Shown here: piece by piece, positions 15,968-25,876 of the stretch
Position numbering within the stretch: position 1 is the stretch's first letter
Layout of the letters: each line of letters starts with the position of its first letter
Source: a virus
Taxonomy: Duplodnaviria > Caudoviricetes
Length of the DNA stretch: 64,000 nucleotides
Virus record (IMG/VR): IMGVR_UViG_3300048893_000079
Span: 18,528-82,527 of that record
Direction: 5' to 3' (one strand)
Made by a program: the position numbers and the translations under genes
The notes under the pieces: model-generated
Seen by the model: only the letters and a program-made list of their open reading frames with translations
Told to the model about the DNA's origin: nothing
Databases searched by the model: none

Positions 15968-16996
15968 ATGGTCGCACCCGCATTCATGATCGTCGAAGAC
16001 GGAACGGCCCGCGTTGATTCGAACGCCTATTGGGACTTGGACTCGATCACCGCGTACCTCACCAACAAGGGCGTTCTCGATTGGGAGAACTACACTGCGA
16101 ACGAGCAGGCCCGCGCCACGATCTCCGCTACCATGTATATCGAGAAGCGTTTCCGCAATCGCTTCCGTGGTCTTCGTCAGCAAGTCGAGCAGGCGCTCGG
16201 CTGGCCGCGCATCGGTGCGTTTGACAACGATAGCTATCTCCTGACCGGCGTGCCGTTTCAAGTCCGTTGGGCTTGCGCAGAATATGCGATCCGCGCCGCG
16301 CGCCTCGGTGTGTTGGCGCCGGACCCGATCCGCTCGGTCCCCACGCAAGACCTCTCGATCTCGCAGCCGGGTCTCACGGCGGGCACGGCCACGTTTACGC
16401 CTTCGGCAAATCTCGCAGACGGAGACGTTCTTGCTATCGGCACTCGTAAGTACACGATGCAGACCGTGCTCACGTTGACGGACGGTCATGTGCTGCTCGG
16501 AGGCACGGTTGCCGAGACGCTGCTCAATATCGCAAACGCGATCAACGATAACGGCGGCGGCACGCCGGACACCGACTATCACGTCACGCAGTCCGATCCT
16601 AATGTGACTGCTGTTGCCACTCTGACGACGCTTGTCGTCTCGGACGTGAACGCGAATGCGAATAGCATCGCGGTGGCCTACGCGCCGTTCGGCTCTTCGC
16701 ATGGCACTTGGGGTGCAGGCGTCACGAGCCTGTCCGGCTATTCGAACAATCCTCCGACGCTCGATCTCGTGGTCGGTCCGGTTCGCAGCAAGACCGAGAA
16801 GGTCGGCCCGCTCGAAGAGCAGACCACGTACGACGGATATTCGGCGCTCGCGATCCGCGACAAGGACACTTCGCGTTCAGTGCAGTCGAACATCGTGAAT
16901 GATTTCTATCTGCCGGAATATCCTGAAGCCGATCTCTGGCTTGAGATGGTCCTGCGCAACGCTTCTTCGGGAACACGCATGGTTCGAGGGTCGTAA
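15968..16996 (+). CDS. Head-tail adaptor (DnaT-like ssDNA-binding family) with an inserted shared domain
   Basis: EDGT....NAY, QALGWPR, VPFQVRWACAEYA ... KTEKVGPLE...PEYPEAD; insert at about aa 137-257. Confidence 0.75.
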   Translation: MVAPAFMIVEDGTARVDSNAYWDLDSITAYLTNKGVLDWENYTANEQARATISATMYIEKRFRNRFRGLRQQVEQALGWPRIGAFDNDSYLLTGVPFQVRWACAEYAIRAARLGVLAPDPIRSVPTQDLSISQPGLTAGTATFTPSANLADGDVLAIGTRKYTMQTVLTLTDGHVLLGGTVAETLLNIANAINDNGGGTPDTDYHVTQSDPNVTAVATLTTLVVSDVNANANSIAVAYAPFGSSHGTWGAGVTSLSGYSNNPPTLDLVVGPVRSKTEKVGPLEEQTTYDGYSALAIRDKDTSRSVQSNIVNDFYLPEYPEADLWLEMVLRNASSGTRMVRGS

Positions 16997-16997
16997 C

Positions 16998-17393
16998 ATG
17001 GCTCTCAATTATCCCAAGCTCGCCGCGACCGCTGACCGCCTGATCTCTCAGAACGGAAAGCAAGTCACGTTCAAACAGCAAACTCAGACGCCCGCCGATA
17101 ATGCCAAACCGTGGCGCGGCGGCGGTGCAGGCAATGAGGCTTTGACCATCGTGGCCTTTGCCGTTGTGATCCCGAACGACGAGATCGACGACAAGGAAGC
17201 GATGCGTCGTGGTGACGCCACCGCGTACATCGCGGCATCGACGTTCGGCAACGGCAATCCGTTCGCGGCTGCTGATCTCGTCTTGATCGACACGATGATC
17301 GACGATGAAGGTTACACGTGGCACGTCCATGGTGTGAAGATCATCAATCCGGGTTCGTTGCGCGTGCTCTACACCGCAGAACTGGAGCACTAA
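16998..17393 (+). CDS. Head closure/neck protein
   Basis: MALNY.KL.ATA.RLI..NG; position. Confidence 0.65.
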   Translation: MALNYPKLAATADRLISQNGKQVTFKQQTQTPADNAKPWRGGGAGNEALTIVAFAVVIPNDEIDDKEAMRRGDATAYIAASTFGNGNPFAAADLVLIDTMIDDEGYTWHVHGVKIINPGSLRVLYTAELEH

Positions 17394-17394
17394 G

Positions 17395-17838
17395 ATGCCC
17401 TTCCAAAATATCGGCGCGATGCGCGACGCAGTTCAGAAGCACTTCAACGATGCCTGGACAGCGGCTTACACGTCCACTCCTCCGGCGCCGTTCATCGCTT
17501 GGCAGGACACCAACGCGCCGACCCCCAAGGACAGCGAGTCGTGGGTCCGCTTCATGTGGAAGCATAAGGTTGGCTTTCAGGCGACCATCAACACCCCCGG
17601 AAACCGCCGTTTCCGAGACAAAGGCACCCTGACCATCGAAGTCCGCTCGCCGACCGGTGGCGGGTTGACAGATTCAGACACCATGGTCAACAATGTGCAG
17701 GCTATCTTTGAGGGCCAGAACGTCGGCGGCACAGATGGGGTGATCTTTCGAAATGTCACTCCCGTTGAATTCGGCCACGACGGTACTTGGTTCCTCGTGA
17801 ACGTGAATGTGGATTTCGAGTACGACCGTATTCGGTAA
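17395..17838 (+). CDS. Tail terminator-like protein
   Basis: IAWQ.......SWVRF...G.L.I.V..P.G.G; directly before the tail tube gene. Confidence 0.65.
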   Translation: MPFQNIGAMRDAVQKHFNDAWTAAYTSTPPAPFIAWQDTNAPTPKDSESWVRFMWKHKVGFQATINTPGNRRFRDKGTLTIEVRSPTGGGLTDSDTMVNNVQAIFEGQNVGGTDGVIFRNVTPVEFGHDGTWFLVNVNVDFEYDRIR

Positions 17839-17851
17839 TTAGGAGACTGGC

Positions 17852-19810
17852 ATGACCAACCTCGTCAAGAAATTGGACTCGAACGTCACCGGCCTCCGTT
17901 ATGCGGAAGAGACCACCATCGGAGTTCTGCCCGTCGCCTCCAGCCAAATTTGGTATCCTCTTGAGCCGAACACGTACAACGATTTTGGTGCGAACACCAA
18001 GACTGTCGCCCGCATGCCGATCAACCCTTCGCGTCAGTTGCGCAAGGGTGTGTTGACTGACCTCGACCCGGCCGCCGGTTTCTCCAACGACTTGACGCAG
18101 GATGGTCTCACTCGTTTGCTCCAGGGCTTCTTCGTCGCGAACCTTCGCGAGCCGGAAGATTCCCAGTCGTTCAACAACAACACCACGCCCATCGCATCGG
18201 TCGTGCATTCTTCGCACGAGTACACCGTCACGAACAACAATGTGTTCGGTTCGCTCGCTGCCAACGATTTGCTCTCCGCAAGTAAGTTCGCCAATTCGCA
18301 GAACAACGGCCTGAAGGTTGTGACATCCACGTCAGGCGGTTCCGCTGCCGTCGCGGCCACCAACACGCTTGTGTCCTCGGCCAACTATGCGGCCGGTGAG
18401 ACCGTCACAATAGGCGGGTTCACGTACACCTTCCGCGCCTCGGTTGCCGTCGCGTACGAAGTTCTTGTCGGCGGTTCAGAAGCCGCGTCGATGTTGAACC
18501 TCCATAACGCGATCAACGCATCTGGCGGCGTCCCCGGAACGGACTATAGCGTCCCGGCTCAGAACCCGTACGTTTCCGCGACGGACGATGCCACGCACAC
18601 CATCACTGTGACGGCGCGCGTTGCCGGTGCTTCCGAGAATAGCGTTGGCACGACCGAGACCGCATCGAATGCGGCCTGGACGACCACGACTCTTGCCGGT
18701 GGTTCGGACGCGACTGCGACGACCATTGTTGTCACGGACACGAATGTCGTGGACGAGACCCCGACTTCCGCTGCTCGCTTGGAGCAAGTTGGCCGTCAGG
18801 GCGCGTCCGGCGATCTCACGATCACCAATGACAGCGTGAACTTCCCGCACATGGACGCGACGGTTCTCGACTTCACCACGCTGCCGCTCATTGCCGGTCA
18901 GTGGATTTGGATCGGCGGCGACGTTACCAACAGCGCGTTCGCGACTGCTGCGAACAACGGTTGGGCGCGTATCCGCTCCATCGTCACGCATCGCCTGACG
19001 TTCGATAAGACTTCGAGCGAGATGGTCACGGATAACGGCGCTGGCAAGACTGTGCAGTTCTTCTTCGGCAAGGTGCTTCGCAACGAAGCGACGCCCGCCA
19101 TTCAGAAGCGCCGCACGTACACCATGGAGCGCACGCTCGGCAATCCCGACAGCGACAACCCCACGAAGCCGCAAGCCGAATACATCATGGGCGCGGTCCC
19201 GAACGAGATCACGTTCAACATGACGACGGCCGAAAAGGTCACGCTCGACATGACGTTCCTCGGAACGGACTACACGACCATCGACACGACCGGCACCATC
19301 CTGTCGGAAGCGATTGGCGCCACGGCTCCGACCATCGTTTCGGAAGACGCGTTCAATACGACCTCGCACGTTGTCCGCGCGAAGATGTCGGTCCTGAGTG
19401 ACACTGACTCGGCCCCGACCTCGCTGTTCGCGGAAGTGACCGAATTGAAGTTCTCGGTCAAGAACAACGACAAGGCCAACAAGGCGATTGGCAAGCTTGG
19501 CCCGTTCGAGATCACCTTCGGCTTCTTCGAGGGTTCGGGCTCGGTGCAGGCTTACTTCGACCAAGTTGCCTCGGTGCAGGCCGTGCGCACGAACGCCGAT
19601 GTGTCCATCGACTTTGCGATGGCCAAGAACAACCAGGGCATCCTGTTTGACTTGCCGTTGCTCACGCTGAACACGAAGGGCTTGGACGTGAAGATCAACG
19701 AGCCGATCATGTTGCCGATCAACATGACCATGGGCGCGGACCGCAACTTCGATCACACGATGTTGATGGAGTTCTTTGACTATCTGCCGGACCTCGCGAT
19801 GCCTGTCTAA
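17852..19810 (+). CDS. Major tail tube protein with an inserted shared domain
   Basis: KLDSNVTGLRYAEE, LEPNTYNDFG, INPSRQLRKG; precedes the chaperone and TMP genes. Confidence 0.85.
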   Translation: MTNLVKKLDSNVTGLRYAEETTIGVLPVASSQIWYPLEPNTYNDFGANTKTVARMPINPSRQLRKGVLTDLDPAAGFSNDLTQDGLTRLLQGFFVANLREPEDSQSFNNNTTPIASVVHSSHEYTVTNNNVFGSLAANDLLSASKFANSQNNGLKVVTSTSGGSAAVAATNTLVSSANYAAGETVTIGGFTYTFRASVAVAYEVLVGGSEAASMLNLHNAINASGGVPGTDYSVPAQNPYVSATDDATHTITVTARVAGASENSVGTTETASNAAWTTTTLAGGSDATATTIVVTDTNVVDETPTSAARLEQVGRQGASGDLTITNDSVNFPHMDATVLDFTTLPLIAGQWIWIGGDVTNSAFATAANNGWARIRSIVTHRLTFDKTSSEMVTDNGAGKTVQFFFGKVLRNEATPAIQKRRTYTMERTLGNPDSDNPTKPQAEYIMGAVPNEITFNMTTAEKVTLDMTFLGTDYTTIDTTGTILSEAIGATAPTIVSEDAFNTTSHVVRAKMSVLSDTDSAPTSLFAEVTELKFSVKNNDKANKAIGKLGPFEITFGFFEGSGSVQAYFDQVASVQAVRTNADVSIDFAMAKNNQGILFDLPLLTLNTKGLDVKINEPIMLPINMTMGADRNFDHTMLMEFFDYLPDLAMPV

Positions 19811-19849
19811 GCATCGCGGGTCGGTTTCTCAAAAGCATCGAGGGTCGGT
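19809..19849 (+). repeat. 17-bp direct repeat pair (1 mismatch, period 24)
   Basis: AAGCATCGCGGGTCGGT and AAGCATCGAGGGTCGGT. Confidence 0.7.
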
Positions 19850-19871
19850 GCTGTAACGCGGAGTGAATGCA

Positions 19872-20309
19872 ATGAGCAAGCTGTACGACAACTATCAGAC
19901 TGACAAAGCCGCCGAATTGAACGGCGTCTGGATCGACGACTCTGGCGCGAGCTTCAAGCTGGCGCGCATGGGTGGCGCCAACACGAAGTTTCAGAAAGCC
20001 ATGACGGCGGCAATGAAGCCGTACATGCGCGAAATTCAGTTGGGCGTCATCGACGATGCGGCGCTCGATCCGATTCTGCGCAAGGTCTTCATCGACACCA
20101 TTCTCGTCGATTGGAAGTGGACCGACGAAGACGGCACTGTGCATGAGCACGAGATTCCCGGTGCCGATGATATGCCGGTGGCCTTCAGTTCGGACGCGGC
20201 TGTGAAGCTGTTCGCCGACTTGCCGGACCTCTACTCGCGTCTTCGCACGGAAGCACAGAGCTACGCGAACTTCCGCGCCTCGACGCTCGCTGTCGCCGCA
20301 AAAAACTAA
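19872..20309 (+). CDS. Tail assembly chaperone G
   Basis: ELNGVWID..G..FKLARMGG.N; ends at a slippery site. Confidence 0.8.
   Translation: MSKLYDNYQTDKAAELNGVWIDDSGASFKLARMGGANTKFQKAMTAAMKPYMREIQLGVIDDAALDPILRKVFIDTILVDWKWTDEDGTVHEHEIPGADDMPVAFSSDAAVKLFADLPDLYSRLRTEAQSYANFRASTLAVAAKN
20300..20306 (+). other. -1 programmed frameshift heptamer A-AAA-AAC
   Basis: GCA AAA AAC TAA; the -1 frame is open from 20303 into ORF 20330..20659. Confidence 0.8.
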
Positions 20310-20659
20310 CATCGGTCCTGCTCTATGAGTTGGAGCAAGGACCGCTTGAAGAGACCCTGATCCGACGCGCACGGGCCGAACGCAAGCCCGTGCCGTCGAA
20401 GATCGCAGGCGCCCCGCGACTGTTGCCGGGCCTTGGGTTCTACTTCAACGCGTTCCTCGCGCTGTCTTCCTGCCGCCCGATTGGCATGGGGGAGGGCCGT
20501 ATTCCGTGGCATTCGGCCTACCAGTACGCCCAAGCCCTTGAACTCGATTCCGAGGAGTTCGAGGATTTGTGGGTTCTTGTCAGTTTCATGGATGCCGCGT
20601 ATCTTAAATTCCGAGCAGCCCAGGCCGACGCAGGCCGGAAAAAGCCAACAATGGACTAA
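20303..20659 (+). CDS. Tail assembly chaperone T (frameshift extension of G)
   Basis: YFNAFLALSSCRPIGMG..IPW..AYQYA. Confidence 0.75.
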   Translation, partial: KLTSVLLYELEQGPLEETLIRRARAERKPVPSKIAGAPRLLPGLGFYFNAFLALSSCRPIGMGEGRIPWHSAYQYAQALELDSEEFEDLWVLVSFMDAAYLKFRAAQADAGRKKPTMD

Positions 20660-20670
20660 GGATACGGCCC

Positions 20671-21003
20671 ATGGGCATCCACCTTTTCGAAGATACGCCG
20701 GAAGTGATCGACGAGAACGTGAAGCGCATGCAACGCGCGATCTCGCTCGTGGTCCAAAAGGCTGCGCTGGCTGGCGGTAGTTACCTCGCCGAAGAGACCC
20801 CGGTCGATACCGGCGTCGCCCGCTCGAACTGGGTCATGACCATTGATGCCCCCTTTCCCGGTCTGCTGCCCGCCTACGTGCCTTACCCGTCCTACCGCGA
20901 CAGTCATCACTCCATGGTCAAGACGGCTGTGGTGCGCATCCCTGGCCGTCGTGTGACCGCTCGTGGCTTCCGCCCCGGCTCGTTCAACGCGGGGAGCCCG
21001 TAA
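20671..21003 (+). CDS. N-terminal half of an HK97 gp10-like tail completion protein
   Basis: TPVDTG.ARSNW motif. Confidence 0.65.
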   Translation: MGIHLFEDTPEVIDENVKRMQRAISLVVQKAALAGGSYLAEETPVDTGVARSNWVMTIDAPFPGLLPAYVPYPSYRDSHHSMVKTAVVRIPGRRVTARGFRPGSFNAGSP

Positions 21004-21359
21004 TGGCTGTGCTGCGATTCTCAGGAGCCCACGTGAACCGTTCCGGTCGCCCCGGAGCCTTCCGCACGGCTGGAGGCACGCACATCCCGGCCGGAGCGCC
21101 GGGCGTCAAGATCGAGCAGGCTATGGGCCGCAAGCAGGAGACGGCCAATCTCGATGCCGTTCGCTTTCAGCACAATGTCGTTGCGCGTGAATTCGACTCG
21201 TACGAGCATGACGCGATCTACATCACGAACAACACTCCGCACATCGAACGGCTGAACGAGGGCTGGTCCGCACAAACTTCTGCGGGCTTCTTCGAGCGCG
21301 CGCTTCAGATTGCGCGTAAGTCCATCGTCGGCACGTGGCGCCTGAAGGAGACCCTGTAA
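21003..21359 (+). CDS. C-terminal half of an HK97 gp10-like tail completion protein
   Basis: IYITNNTPHIERLNEGWSAQ..AGF motif; TAATG coupling. Confidence 0.65.
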   Translation: MAVLRFSGAHVNRSGRPGAFRTAGGTHIPAGAPGVKIEQAMGRKQETANLDAVRFQHNVVAREFDSYEHDAIYITNNTPHIERLNEGWSAQTSAGFFERALQIARKSIVGTWRLKETL

Positions 21360-24355
21360 TGGTTTCCGAAACACTCGAACTTATTATCCGCACTACCGGT
21401 GCGGGTGCAGCCGCCAGCGAGATCAACGCTATCGGTGCGAACGCGCGTACGGCCACGTCGAGCTTGAACGCGATGAACGAGTCTCTTGCGTTCATGCGCA
21501 AAACTCTCGTCGCGTTGTCGTTCTTGCGCGTCTTCGAAGGAATCGCGGCTGGCATTAGCGCGGCGCAGGGAATGAACAATCAGTTGACGCAGATCGCGCG
21601 CACGGCGGCTGACGTGCCGAAGGCGTTCGCTATGTTTGCCAATATCGCGACCGCAGTCCACGCGCCTGTCGAATCGGTGATCGGCCTCGGCGTGCAAATC
21701 GCTCGATCCAGCGCGTCGGCCAAGCTCGGTGCTCAGGAGATCGGCCAAGCGGTGCAGACCATCTTCAATACGTTCCGCTTGAACGGGTCTGATCCGGCGA
21801 CCATCTCGAACGTCACGAAGGACTTGAAGGAAATCTTCTCGCTCGGAGTCGTGCAAGGCCGTCAGTTCCGCGCGGTCATTTTGCAGGACCAAGCCGAAGC
21901 GTTGCTGTTGGCGAAGCACATCCACGCGACCGGAATTGACGCGAAGACTGTCAACAAGGAATTGGATGACATCCGCGCGAAGGGATTGCTCCCTGACATT
22001 TACGAAACTGCGATGAAGCACAAGGGCGCCTTCCGTGGTGCGGACGTGTTGAACGCGAACATCGAGGGCACCGCCGACACGAACAAGAAGGTCGCGCAGT
22101 TGCCGACCACGCTCTCGCAAGCGTTCACCGACTTCTATACGAAGTGGATTCTGTTTCTGAATTCGCTGTCGAATAGCGGTGCGTTCACTCCGCTCGTGAA
22201 CTTCGTTGAGTTCCTGGCCAACAATCTGCCGACTATCGCGCTCCTGGTCCTGACGGTCGGCGCTGCATTCGCGACGTGGTACGGCATCTCGACAGCGATC
22301 TCGCTTCTGCAAAAGTTCTTCCTGCTCGTCACGTCGGAGGCTGGTCTCCTTGTGCTGCCTCTGCTTCTGTTCGGCGCAGTGCTCGCGGCGGTCTTCGGTC
22401 CGCAGCTTGCCAAAGCCGCGCAGTCGATGGGTGGCTGGACCGAGCTTATCATTCGCACGCTCTCGATCACCATCGCTATCATCGAGACTTTGTTCGGCAA
22501 CATGGGGACGGTTGTTATGAACACGTTCTTCGTCATCGGCGAAGGCGTCATCTCTGCGTTCCAGTTCGTCGTCAACAAGATCATCGAAGGCATCAACTTC
22601 CTGAGCACGAAGCTGAACTCGATCTTGCCGAAGGGTTTGCAGTTGGGACAGATCGGCTCGGTTGATTTCGGCCCGATGAACAATCCGTATTCCGGTAAGT
22701 TGCAGGACGACTTCAAAAAGAATTTGGTCAGCACGTATGCCTTCATGGAGAAAAACTTCGGTGCCAAGAAGGAAGCCGGAGCGCCTGAGTTCGTGAAGCC
22801 GCCGGGTGGCGAAGACGCCAATGGACTGACCGGAACGGCCAATGCCGCGAGGAAGGCGCGCGATGCGATCCAAGAACTTCAGAACATGCTATCGCAGTTC
22901 GCCGGTCCGGCTGTGAAGTTCCAGGACGACATCGACAAGATCAAGACGAAGATCATCGACCTCACGACCGCGACTAAGGACGCCAAGGGTCACACCATCG
23001 CGCCGGTTCTGACGGAGACGCAAGTCGCATTGGCTTTCGCGAAGGCGGGCTTCAACGATTACAACAAGGTCACGCACGAATCGGAGGGCTACAATCAGGC
23101 GCTCCTCCGTTCGCTCATGGGCTTGAAGAACACGGACATCGACCTCAAGAACGCAACCGATCTCGCGACGTTGGCGTTGCAGCATCACGCCGTCAGCGCC
23201 GATCAGGCCGCCGAGTACATCCGCAAGGTCACGGTCGCGAACGAGCTTTACAATCTGTCGCTGCTGAAGACGGCCGATGCCGGTCGCCAGATCGCGATCA
23301 TCAAGTTCAACGAGAACAAGGACACGCCTGCGAAGATCGCGGAAGACATCACGACCAAGGCGCTGAAGACGAACCAAGAGGGCAACCTCGACACGTACAA
23401 CATTCAACTCAGCCAGTTGAACCAGCTTATCCACGACGGCACGATCTCGAACGAAGCCTACGTGAAGTCCGTCATGGACATCCAGCAGGCATATCTCTCG
23501 ACGAAGACCGATGCGATGTCCGGCTTCCAGCGCGGCTTGCTCGATGTGCAGAAGACGATGTTCGACGTGTCCGGCGACGCGGCGAAGGTTATGACCGATG
23601 CGTTCAACGGACTGAACGATGCGCTCGTGAACTTCGCGACAACTGGCAAGATCGACTTCCGTTCGATGGCAACGTCGATCCTGAAGGACATGGACAGCCT
23701 TATCATCAAGACGGCGATCATGCAGCCGCTAATGAGTTTCCTCGGTCTCGCGCCTGGACAGGGCGGCGGCCTGCCCGGTAGCCCTGCTGGTGGCGGTGGA
23801 TTTCTCAGCAACATCTTCGGCAGCATGTTCAGCGGCGCGGCCGGTGGCGGCCTGGGCTCGTCCGCGATGAACCCGATGTGGGTGACGATGGGCGGCCTTC
23901 CCGGTATTCCCGGTCTCAGTGGTGGCTCAGGCGGCGGTGGACTGTTCTCCGGCGGCGGGCTCTCCAGCCTGTTCGACAAGGGCGGCTTTATCTCGAACCT
24001 CTTCAACGGCGGCGGCGGTGCGGGCACCGCATCGAGCGGCATCCTTTCGATGTTCAGTGACATCGGTAGCTTCCTCGGTTTCAAGGACGGTGCGGACTTC
24101 CAAGTCGGCGGCGTCGGCGGAGCGGACAGCCAGCTTATCGCTTTCCGCGCATCGCCGGACGAGCGCGTCACCGTGCAGACGCCGGAGCAGCAACGCCGAG
24201 CGCAACGTGCGCAGGCGAGCGGCACCGACATGGGTGGCCTACATCTGCACTTGCACGGTGTCACGGATTACGACAGCTTCAAGAAATCGAAGTCACAAAT
24301 CGCGACTGGGTTGGCGCAGATCACAAGCCGCTCGGTTCGTAGGAACGGACACTAA
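21359..24355 (+). CDS. Tape measure protein (~998 aa)
   Basis: Long helical protein, central hydrophobic repeats, F.TTGKIDFRSMA.SIL.D, Gly-rich C-terminus. Confidence 0.92.
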   Translation: MVSETLELIIRTTGAGAAASEINAIGANARTATSSLNAMNESLAFMRKTLVALSFLRVFEGIAAGISAAQGMNNQLTQIARTAADVPKAFAMFANIATAVHAPVESVIGLGVQIARSSASAKLGAQEIGQAVQTIFNTFRLNGSDPATISNVTKDLKEIFSLGVVQGRQFRAVILQDQAEALLLAKHIHATGIDAKTVNKELDDIRAKGLLPDIYETAMKHKGAFRGADVLNANIEGTADTNKKVAQLPTTLSQAFTDFYTKWILFLNSLSNSGAFTPLVNFVEFLANNLPTIALLVLTVGAAFATWYGISTAISLLQKFFLLVTSEAGLLVLPLLLFGAVLAAVFGPQLAKAAQSMGGWTELIIRTLSITIAIIETLFGNMGTVVMNTFFVIGEGVISAFQFVVNKIIEGINFLSTKLNSILPKGLQLGQIGSVDFGPMNNPYSGKLQDDFKKNLVSTYAFMEKNFGAKKEAGAPEFVKPPGGEDANGLTGTANAARKARDAIQELQNMLSQFAGPAVKFQDDIDKIKTKIIDLTTATKDAKGHTIAPVLTETQVALAFAKAGFNDYNKVTHESEGYNQALLRSLMGLKNTDIDLKNATDLATLALQHHAVSADQAAEYIRKVTVANELYNLSLLKTADAGRQIAIIKFNENKDTPAKIAEDITTKALKTNQEGNLDTYNIQLSQLNQLIHDGTISNEAYVKSVMDIQQAYLSTKTDAMSGFQRGLLDVQKTMFDVSGDAAKVMTDAFNGLNDALVNFATTGKIDFRSMATSILKDMDSLIIKTAIMQPLMSFLGLAPGQGGGLPGSPAGGGGFLSNIFGSMFSGAAGGGLGSSAMNPMWVTMGGLPGIPGLSGGSGGGGLFSGGGLSSLFDKGGFISNLFNGGGGAGTASSGILSMFSDIGSFLGFKDGADFQVGGVGGADSQLIAFRASPDERVTVQTPEQQRRAQRAQASGTDMGGLHLHLHGVTDYDSFKKSKSQIATGLAQITSRSVRRNGH

Positions 24356-24993
24356 TGACCATTCCGACATTCATCGACACGCACTTGAACGTGGACGTTG
24401 AGCAAGGCGCGACCGGTGGTCCGTCGTTCTTGACGACGGTCATGGCTTTGTCCGGCGGTCAGGAGAAGCGCAACATCGAATGGCAGTTCCCGCGTCAGGA
24501 GTGGGACATCAGTTTCGGCATTCAGACGGCGGCCGACTTCCAGTCGGTGCGCGATATGTTCTATAACACGTTCGGCCGCGCTATCGGGTTCCGCTTCAAG
24601 GACTGGACCGACTACACCATCGGTGATCCGGTGGACTATGTTGCCGCGTCGTCTCAGCCAATCGGTACGTTCGTTTCCGGTAACAAAATTTTCCAGATTT
24701 ACAAGACCTACACAATTGGGTCTTACAGCATGATCCGAAAGATCACGCGCCCGGTGCAAGGAACGCTCAAGGTCTACATCGACAACATTCTGAAGACCGA
24801 GACGACCGACTACACTGTGGACTACACGACCGGCATCATCACGTTTGTGGCCACGCATGACACGCACACCGCATCGGTCTCGTTGGAGTACGATGTGCCG
24901 GTTCGCTTCGACAGCGACTTGTTCAAGATGAAAGTCACTTGGGTTGACGCCATGGAGTTGCCGAGCATCGCCATCATCGAACTCAAGGAGTAA
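24355..24993 (+). CDS. Distal tail protein (DUF2460, GTA-like)
   Basis: GATGGPSF.T.V...SGGQE.RN..W; GFRFKDWTDY; YDVPVRFDSD. Confidence 0.85.
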   Translation: MTIPTFIDTHLNVDVEQGATGGPSFLTTVMALSGGQEKRNIEWQFPRQEWDISFGIQTAADFQSVRDMFYNTFGRAIGFRFKDWTDYTIGDPVDYVAASSQPIGTFVSGNKIFQIYKTYTIGSYSMIRKITRPVQGTLKVYIDNILKTETTDYTVDYTTGIITFVATHDTHTASVSLEYDVPVRFDSDLFKMKVTWVDAMELPSIAIIELKE

Positions 24994-24997
24994 GACG

Positions 24998-25876
24998 ATG
25001 GTCAAAGTTATCTCCACGGACCTGAACACGCACATCAATCAGGAAGTCACCACCATCGCGCGTTGCTGGAAGATCGTCCGCATGGACGGAACGCAGTTCT
25101 TCTTCACGTCGCATGACGCGCCGCTGATCGTGGACGGTGACACGTACATCTCGTCCGCTGGCTTCTCGAATTCGGCCATCGAGAACAAGTCCGATCTCTC
25201 GGTGGACAACCAAGACATTCAGGGCGTGTTCGATGATGACTCGATCACGCTCTTCGATCTTCGTGCTGGCGCCTTCGACTATGCCGACATCTTCATCTTC
25301 GTTGTGAACTGGCAGGACACGTCTCAGGGTCCGCTCAAGATGCGTCGTGGCAAGCTCGGCGAATGCATCTCGTCTCCGCAGGGATGGTTCACCGTCGAGC
25401 TTCGAGGCATGACGCAGTTGCTCCAGCAGCAGATCGTCGAACTGTATGGCCCGGTGTGCCGTGCCGACTTGTTCGATAGCCGCTGCGCGCTCGATAAGAC
25501 GAACTACGTCACGCTTGGTCATGTGTCGGTCGTCACCGATCAGACGCACATCACTGTCGTGCTCGATACGTTGAGCGGCATCTACACCGCGAGCGATGCT
25601 TGGTTCAAGTACGGCGCGCTGCAATACCTCACCGGTCAGAACACCGGCAAGGCTGTCGAGGTCAAGACGTGGAACCACACGGCTAACACGTTCGAGTTCT
25701 ACGTTCCGGCCGGATACCCGATCACGGTCGGCGATACGTTCCAAGTCATCCCCGGTTGCGATAAGACGCGCGACACGTGCAAGAATGTCTTCAACAACAT
25801 TTTGAACATGCGCGCCGAGCCCGATCTTCCGGGCAACGATCAGGCGTTCATCTATCCTGACATCGGGAGCGGCTAA
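24998..25876 (+). CDS. Baseplate hub protein (DUF2163, GTA-like)
   Basis: TTIARCW.I.R.DG...FTSHD; CRADLFD.RC; PGCDKT..TC...FNN..N...EP.LPG. Confidence 0.87.
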   Translation: MVKVISTDLNTHINQEVTTIARCWKIVRMDGTQFFFTSHDAPLIVDGDTYISSAGFSNSAIENKSDLSVDNQDIQGVFDDDSITLFDLRAGAFDYADIFIFVVNWQDTSQGPLKMRRGKLGECISSPQGWFTVELRGMTQLLQQQIVELYGPVCRADLFDSRCALDKTNYVTLGHVSVVTDQTHITVVLDTLSGIYTASDAWFKYGALQYLTGQNTGKAVEVKTWNHTANTFEFYVPAGYPITVGDTFQVIPGCDKTRDTCKNVFNNILNMRAEPDLPGNDQAFIYPDIGSG

